A stretch of 64,000 nucleotides of DNA from Candidatus Methanogaster sp. (GTDB lineage: Archaea > Halobacteriota > Methanosarcinia > Methanosarcinales > Methanogasteraceae): assembly GCA_003194445.1 (NCBI GenBank), contig PQXF01000001.1, positions 140,014 through 204,013 on the forward strand, written 5' to 3'. Each line of letters begins with the position of its first letter. Position 1 is the stretch's first letter. Shown in pieces: positions 58,628 through 64,000 of this stretch. The notes under the pieces are model-generated. The model was not told the DNA's origin, searched no databases, and was given only the letters and a program-made list of their open reading frames with translations. Made by a program: the position numbers and the translations under genes.

Positions 58628-59706
58628 GCGCCGCAATCATCTGCCCGAGATGTGGGGGCGGCGATTGCATCACTCCTGCTGAAGAGGTGCTTGAGTCGAT
58701 AGCTTCCATGTATGCGGCATGTCAGTCTTGCGCGCCAGACCCCCAAATCAGCAAGCAGTTACCGTTTCATCAGCTCGACCAGCCCTTCCGTAACGTCGAT
58801 GATGCTGCCATGCGGTGCCAGAATTGCGGGAAGCGACATCTCGACATCGTCATCGCGCACGTACTTAAGATACTGGTGCGGGAGGGTTTGCGCGCCAGAG
58901 ATGCCGCGCTCTCTAATGTCGGCACCCCGATGATCACGATTGGGTATCCGGTCCCGTTTCCTCCGAGACTTGGCAGGGACATGCTGATCCTTGTCATGGA
59001 CGCGATCGACAAAGTGACCGCAGAGATGCTGGTGGACGAAGTCTATGAGGTTAAGGGTGTGATCGAGCGAAAGGGGGAACCGGGTCAACCGGTCGGGATT
59101 TTGGATGCGGACAGCGCGCCCCACACATATAATCTGCTTGCTGGGTGCGATCTTCGCGGAGATGTCGTCTCATCGGCATTCGGGGAACTGTGCATCTACA
59201 AAACCCAATCTGACACGCATATCGAGTTCTCGCGTGCCGACTCCGACAAGACCCGGGTACTCGAATCGTTATACTACCAGCGGAAGGTGAAAGGTACCGT
59301 TTTGGACGGTTGCTGCGGCGCGGGCACGCTCGGGCTTGTCGCGGTTCTCGCAGGTGCGCGCGAGGTGATACTGAACGATGCATTCCTGCCTGCGGTTAAG
59401 AATACTATTCTTAATATCAAAGCGAACGCATCTATTCTCGGTCTCGATCCTGAACCGGAGCTCCATACCGACCCCTCGAAACTCCCGCTGATAGCTGACA
59501 CCGGTACTCCGAGATTGGTTGCAACAGCGCATGGAGCTGGAGCATCAGGACCCATTGATATCTCGGTGTACCACGGCGACCTTGCGGATCTTGCGGAAGT
59601 GATCGACCGCTGCGACCTCTGCATGGTCGATGCGTTCATCGGCGTTTCGACCGATCGATTCGTGCAGGCATGGAAAGAGCGGGCGGGGATGGTTGTTACA
59701 ATATAA
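58624..59706 (+). CDS. Zn-ribbon-containing class I SAM-dependent methyltransferase
   Basis: N-terminal CPRCGGGDC...CQSC and CQNCGKRH cysteine pairs. C-terminal MTase motif I ([29 protein letters not shown]). The ATG overlaps the upstream stop (ATGA). Confidence 0.65.
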   Translation: MSAAIICPRCGGGDCITPAEEVLESIASMYAACQSCAPDPQISKQLPFHQLDQPFRNVDDAAMRCQNCGKRHLDIVIAHVLKILVREGLRARDAALSNVGTPMITIGYPVPFPPRLGRDMLILVMDAIDKVTAEMLVDEVYEVKGVIERKGEPGQPVGILDADSAPHTYNLLAGCDLRGDVVSSAFGELCIYKTQSDTHIEFSRADSDKTRVLESLYYQRKVKGTVLDGCCGAGTLGLVAVLAGAREVILNDAFLPAVKNTILNIKANASILGLDPEPELHTDPSKLPLIADTGTPRLVATAHGAGASGPIDISVYHGDLADLAEVIDRCDLCMVDAFIGVSTDRFVQAWKERAGMVVTI

Positions 59707-59985
59707 GAGTGCTGCGGTGCGGGACTGCCGCGTCACCCAAGCCCCTGTTGTCGATAGCCGCGATCCCATACATGCTTTCGCAGGTGGCGCGATCCTGCGC
59801 ATTCAGCACGGGCTCGATCGTGGACGGTGGCTTGGATGAGATCGCATAAGCAACCCGGGTCACGCCGCTGATCTCGTTTGCGGTCCTGCTGCCGATCCGC
59901 TTCAGCAGATCATACGGAAGCTTTGCAAAATCAGGTGGCTATACTGCCCTCCGAAATCCATGACTGCTACGAGTTGCTTCTTCAT
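59704..59985 (-). pseudogene. guaA: GMP synthase remnant: N-terminal 19 codons joined out of frame to the extreme C-terminal tail
   Basis: The minus strand reads [19 protein letters not shown] (GATase start). One frame over it reads [36 protein letters not shown] (the canonical GuaA C-terminus). The roughly 1.4 kb in between is absent. Confidence 0.55.
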
Positions 59986-60194
59986 GCCGATGCCCCGGTG
60001 TCATCTCCAACCGTGTGTCGGTCGCATTTAAGTACTGCGATGAGAGGATTTGCAAGCTTGCATCTTCTCCTTCCGAAGTTTCACTTTTCTTTTGCTCATA
60101 CGTGCGACCATCCATTAAGTTCCAAATTTGCTAAACATTATTTGGAATTGTTCTTTGTACGTCTCTATGTTGCACATAAATGTTTACGAAAGTA

Positions 60195-60325
60195 TAGAGG
60201 ATCGACCCCTTGTCCGCATGTGTTTATAGTCCTAACGGGAATTGCTGATGTGCATACGGTTTTCGTGGTTTTATCGGGAAAATGTGGTAAATCCGGTCTG
60301 GATTCTCTGGTCTGGGACTTTCATT
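60195..60325 (-). repeat. Dispersed repeat family 4, copy b (forms the 3' end of the helicase ORF)
   Basis: The reverse complement GTAATGAAAGTCCCAGACCAGAGAATCCAGACCGGATTTACCACATTTTCCCGATAAAACCACGAAAACC matches 46563-46690. Confidence 0.7.
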
Positions 60326-62070
60326 ACATACCGGCGAGGGAGTTTAGGTGGATGTGGTGGGCGGAAAGTATGGATATCACTATATTTTTCGACAGTACCC
60401 TCTACATCATACCCCTGCCCCATATCGCTTAAGTCCTGCGTATACCACTTCTTTGATTCGGACTTCACGAGGTATGCTGGCAGTAGATAAGAGAAGGCAC
60501 CTTCCGACGTATGTTTTTTGAACTTCGCAGTGGCAATTCCTCCCTTTGCCGGCTTTACATACAACCTCTCAAAGGACTCTCTGACGATCCGCCATACCCT
60601 TCCACCAAGCACAAATATCTCGTCAACCGGATACTGCACCTCACCGATTGTTTGCCTGGAACTGATGTCTATAACCGCAACCACTTTGTTTGATGGAATA
60701 TTCGAATGAATCTCCCCTTTTGCTCCAAGATCCATCAATCTGGTTGTTGCACGCCACTTTTCATTCCATTTTTCGATCCATTCGCTCTTTGCAAGGTGAC
60801 TTAAGATGTCGCGCAGTTCGTCTTCCGGACAGAACCCTTCGAAAAGATTCAGAAGGTGGAAATCGGTAAGCCCACATGGGCTGGCATAAAGCGAGGAGAA
60901 GACCTGTTGCACCACAACAGACGGATCGTGCAAGTAGTCAACCGGTTCGAGGTATCCTGCCATCGCAACGTGAAACATACGTTCAAGCAGCATCTGTTCA
61001 TCCGCAGAACCATACATGGCAAAGACGCGGTTTCGTTTCATACGCCGGCTCCCCCGCCCAATCCGCTGGAGCAGCGATGATATGCTCCACGGGACTTCTG
61101 CAAGCACGATGGCATCGATATCTCCGATATCAATTCCTATCTCAAGCGTCATGGTAGCCACGCAGACTCCATACTGCGCGTCCTTCATGAAACTCTCGGC
61201 TTCTCCGCGAATAGATCTGCTCAAACTGCCATGATGGACAACGACGCGGCTATGACCCCAGAGATCCATGCATTCCCTGGAAAACCCCTCCACTGTTGCT
61301 CTCTTATTGCAAAAGATGAGCAGCTTCCGGATGTTCTCTCTTTTTACGCAGCCATATAGTTCTTCAGCCGATTCTACAAGCGTGTACTCAATTTCTCGTT
61401 TATCAGAGTCTGTGATTACCTCAAAATCTCCAAGATATCTGCTCCCCACCTCCTCTGGAGATGCTATAGTGGCAGAGAGGGCATAGACGTTGAAATCTCT
61501 TTCTGAAAGATGTCTTAGTCTTTTTAAAAGGATCCTGAGTTGATCTCCTCGATATGTGTTGTCGATAAGATGTATTTCATCGAGTATCACGGCTTTTATC
61601 TTCTTAAACGAGCCGGGGTGTCTGCAAATCATCGAATCAAACGACTCGGGTGTGGTGATCAAGACGTCCGGAGACTTGGCCGGGTTAAATCGTGGCGTAT
61701 CACCGGTCTTTAACGACACCGAGACTCCAAGTTCGTCCATCTGCTCCTTGAGGCGGTCGTGCATATCATTAACCAGTGCCTTCGTCGGAGAGATGTAGAG
61801 GATCGTAATGCCATTCATGCCGCCCCACGCTTCCTTCAAATGCCTCTCGATAAGCGGTGCAATCACAGCTTCGGTCTTTCCACTGGCGGTAGATGAGATG
61901 ATGATTGCGTTCTTCCCGGTAAGGACCACAGGAACAGAACGCGCTTGAATCGGAAGGAGCCTACCGTACCTACCAAAGAAAGTAATCCACGTACGCCTGA
62001 GCTTTCGTCTGTCAGAATCCATCCGGCAATTCCCCGATCGGCTTATCAGGATGCGAACGAGCAGGGTCAA
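60271..62070 (-). CDS. DExH-box superfamily 2 helicase (Lhr/Ski2-like)
   Basis: Motif I (SSTASGKTEA), Ia (ILYISPTKALVND), II (ILDEIH), SAT (LSAT) and motif VI (QRIGRGSRR) are present. The start is uncertain; the ATG at 62022 (MDSDRRK) is plausible. The last ~20 codons lie in repeat family 4. Confidence 0.8.
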   Translation of the reverse strand: MTLLVRILISRSGNCRMDSDRRKLRRTWITFFGRYGRLLPIQARSVPVVLTGKNAIIISSTASGKTEAVIAPLIERHLKEAWGGMNGITILYISPTKALVNDMHDRLKEQMDELGVSVSLKTGDTPRFNPAKSPDVLITTPESFDSMICRHPGSFKKIKAVILDEIHLIDNTYRGDQLRILLKRLRHLSERDFNVYALSATIASPEEVGSRYLGDFEVITDSDKREIEYTLVESAEELYGCVKRENIRKLLIFCNKRATVEGFSRECMDLWGHSRVVVHHGSLSRSIRGEAESFMKDAQYGVCVATMTLEIGIDIGDIDAIVLAEVPWSISSLLQRIGRGSRRMKRNRVFAMYGSADEQMLLERMFHVAMAGYLEPVDYLHDPSVVVQQVFSSLYASPCGLTDFHLLNLFEGFCPEDELRDILSHLAKSEWIEKWNEKWRATTRLMDLGAKGEIHSNIPSNKVVAVIDISSRQTIGEVQYPVDEIFVLGGRVWRIVRESFERLYVKPAKGGIATAKFKKHTSEGAFSYLLPAYLVKSESKKWYTQDLSDMGQGYDVEGTVEKYSDIHTFRPPHPPKLPRRYVMKVPDQRIQTGFTTFSR

Positions 62071-62430
62071 GAGCTTCTACCAGCTCCTTGATGAATCTGT
62101 GAGGTTCCGGAGCCGATGTTTTGACATGCTCGTTTGCATCCATGTCTGTGCAATATGCTTGTGGTGTCATAAACGTTGTGCGCGTGGTTTAGCCCCTCTT
62201 CTCCCCCCTGGAATGTGCATCGACATTGGAATCGGTATCAGAACCGCCACGGTGGATTAAACGAGAGAAAAAACTTTCAACCGTTACAAACGCTACTTGC
62301 CCATCAGCCATACACGCACCATACCCAGTCGTGATTGTCATGGCAATCGGGATATGAGTGCTTGTGATGCCGGATAAGCATTTAAAGGATTGCGATTGTG
62401 TGCTCTGGTAGAATACGGGGCGTGATTGTT

Positions 62431-62655
62431 ATGAAAGGGTATGATCGTGTAATTTGGCCTCATAGGGATATGTGGGCAATGGTGCTCAGTGCGGGCATGC
62501 TCGCGGTGCTGTTGGTGCTTGCATGCGCGGGTAGGGTAGCGGGCGCGCGACGAGATGAGCTGTGGATGATGATAGCGACGCGGATCGGTGAGATTGTGAT
62601 GCCGAAAGGCATTTATGGGGTTGCGGCGTGTGGATATATACCATACCGGATGTGA
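62431..62655 (+). pseudogene. Degenerate duplicate of a secreted-protein gene 5' end (start codon plus signal peptide)
   Basis: MKGYDRVIWPHRDMWAMVLSAGMLAVLLVLACAGRVAGA, then nonsense. The DNA at 62501-62600 aligns (about 80 percent) with 63872-63960. Confidence 0.4.
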
Positions 62656-62722
62656 TTGTTATGAAAAGGCATGATCGCGTAATCGGGTCATATATGTACA
62701 ACGTAACAGGGGGGTAGGTAAT

Positions 62723-63802
62723 ATGATGGAAGTGAGCTTTTACGACAGGGAGCAGGAAACAAAAGAGATTATGGATACGCTGCGTATGAAACCGAGACTT
62801 ATCACATTCATTTACGGGCCGATAAACTCAGGGAAGACTGAACTGATCACTCATCTGATCGAAGAACTGCCCGAGGATTACATCCCATTCTACGTTAACC
62901 TGCGTGGGCGGTTTATTACAGGTTACGAAGATTTTCTAAATGTGTTATTCGAGATTGACGAAGGGGGCATGATCGACAACGTAAGTGAGTATGCAACATC
63001 GATATTAAAGGATCTAAAGATCGTCAGCGGGATCCCAATACCAGTAAATCTATTTGAGCAAATATTTGAGAGAAAGGATAAAAGTAAAGATGTTTTCAAG
63101 TACATCGAACATTTCTTTATTGAGATATCAAAGAAACGTGTCCCTGTGCTGGTCATCGATGAGTTGCAGGTGATTGGGGACCTGAAGATCGATGGTCTTC
63201 TGGTTTACAAACTATTCAATTTCTTTGTGCGGCTCACAAAAGAGTTGCACCTGGCACACGTATTCGTGGTCACTTCTGATTCGCTCTTTATCGAGCAGGT
63301 TTATAGCGAGGCGATGCTGGAAGAGCGATGCAAGTATCTGCCGATAGATGATTTCGATTATGAAACAACGATTGCGTTTTTGGATCATTACGGATTTGAT
63401 ATGCACGAGAGGGAGATTGCATGGCAGTACGTTGGTGGAAAACCAGTATCACTTGTTAGACTGATCGATGAAAAAGCGAGTGAGAAGAAGATCGAGGATG
63501 TTGCAGGCAGTATGCTTACGCTTAGAACTGGCGAGATAGAAACGATGCTTAAAAGAGTTAACGAGTTGGGTGGTGGAATAATTATAGAAGATATTAAATA
63601 TAGTGTAAGTTACGAGAAATTGGTTGAGGCATTGAAGAGTTTTGCTACGTGTGAGGCGATCGGTATGAATGAAGTGGATGAGATATCCAAGACGTTTCTG
63701 GTCAAGAAGAATGTGTTGTTCGTTGATCCGCTTACAAAGATGATCAAGCCGCAATCACAGCTGAATCTGCTTGCAGTGCGAGAGGTGACAGGAATTGTGT
63801 AG
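62723..63802 (+). CDS. Archaeal ATPase family protein (PF01637-type AAA+ with DUF234-like C-terminus)
   Basis: FYDREQETKEIMD..., Walker A (IYGPINSGKTEL), Walker B (VLVIDELQ). 359 aa, AT-rich. Confidence 0.75.
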   Translation: MMEVSFYDREQETKEIMDTLRMKPRLITFIYGPINSGKTELITHLIEELPEDYIPFYVNLRGRFITGYEDFLNVLFEIDEGGMIDNVSEYATSILKDLKIVSGIPIPVNLFEQIFERKDKSKDVFKYIEHFFIEISKKRVPVLVIDELQVIGDLKIDGLLVYKLFNFFVRLTKELHLAHVFVVTSDSLFIEQVYSEAMLEERCKYLPIDDFDYETTIAFLDHYGFDMHEREIAWQYVGGKPVSLVRLIDEKASEKKIEDVAGSMLTLRTGEIETMLKRVNELGGGIIIEDIKYSVSYEKLVEALKSFATCEAIGMNEVDEISKTFLVKKNVLFVDPLTKMIKPQSQLNLLAVREVTGIV

Positions 63803-63835
63803 AATTGGGATGGTTCTTTGAGATAGTTCTCGTGA

Positions 63836-64000
63836 TCACATCTGCGGGCGCGTGGACCACGGCGGCTCATCGCGGGCGGGCTCGCGGTGCTGGTGCTTGC
63901 GTGCGCGGGCATGGCGGCGGGTGCGACGTATGTGATGGATGATGATGGTGCGTGGGTGTGGGCTATACGATGCTTGCAGGCGGCGGCAGGTGTTGATCGG
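63836..64000 (+). CDS. 5' part of a secreted (beta-helix-type?) protein gene, runs off the window, no canonical start upstream of its signal peptide
   Basis: Frame open from 63836: ..RRLIAGGLAVLVLACAGMAAGATYVMDDDGAWVW.. This is a signal-peptide h-region plus an A-x-A site, then the ATYV.DDDG start typical of secreted NosD-like proteins. The only ATG (63911) lies after the hydrophobic core. Confidence 0.4.

Noticed and set aside
1-64000. rRNA, RNase P RNA, SRP RNA or additional tRNA genes
   Set aside because: Apart from tRNA-Lys at 9880-9953, I found no cloverleaf-compatible or otherwise recognisable structured-RNA sequence by eye. A covariance-model scan would be needed to exclude small C/D-box or other sRNAs.

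Overview
Archaeal chromosome segment, from a methanogen by gene content and probably Methanosarcinales/Methanothrix-like. That assignment is inferred, not proven. Supporting genes are a thermosome, an archaeal histone, Topo VI subunit A, beta-RFAP synthase (methanopterin pathway), split pyruvate carboxylase PycA/PycB next to BirA, CobS, MobA, NAC and an archaeosortase. Well-supported housekeeping genes are pyrD, map, argF, tRNA-Lys(CUU), top6A, cobS, mobA, pycAB, birA, ths and nac. Between them lie AT-rich accessory islets and a lot of decayed DNA. (1) A roughly 16-kb surface-glycan island (15.8-32 kb) holds a 7-gene plus-strand operon: GT2, a wecB remnant, three GT4, a large polytopic membrane protein and a deacetylase-methyltransferase fusion. 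A flippase and an epimerase converge on it, and large secreted proteins flank it. (2) An archaeosortase + EpsI pair (42.7-44.4 kb) has a candidate GEVED/PEF-CTERM substrate gene 2.5 kb away. (3) Toxin-antitoxin-type modules are present: HEPN-MNT, a HicBA remnant, an RHH + PIN-like remnant, and a PD-(D/E)xK + RHH pair. (4) There are at least five dispersed repeat families, a 175-bp tandem duplication with a G-rich hairpin, and several genes with internal deletions (wecB, guaA, a methyltransferase, a transposase). The most unusual pattern recurs three times: an accessory cassette bracketed by a direct duplication of the end of the neighbouring gene. The three cases are the pycB 5' end around a novel two-gene membrane/soluble paralog cassette, the ALDH 3' end around the GEVED/PEF-CTERM gene, and a secreted-protein 5' end around an archaeal ATPase gene. 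This looks like the footprint of a common capture/integration mechanism. No CRISPR array, rRNA or intact IS element was seen.
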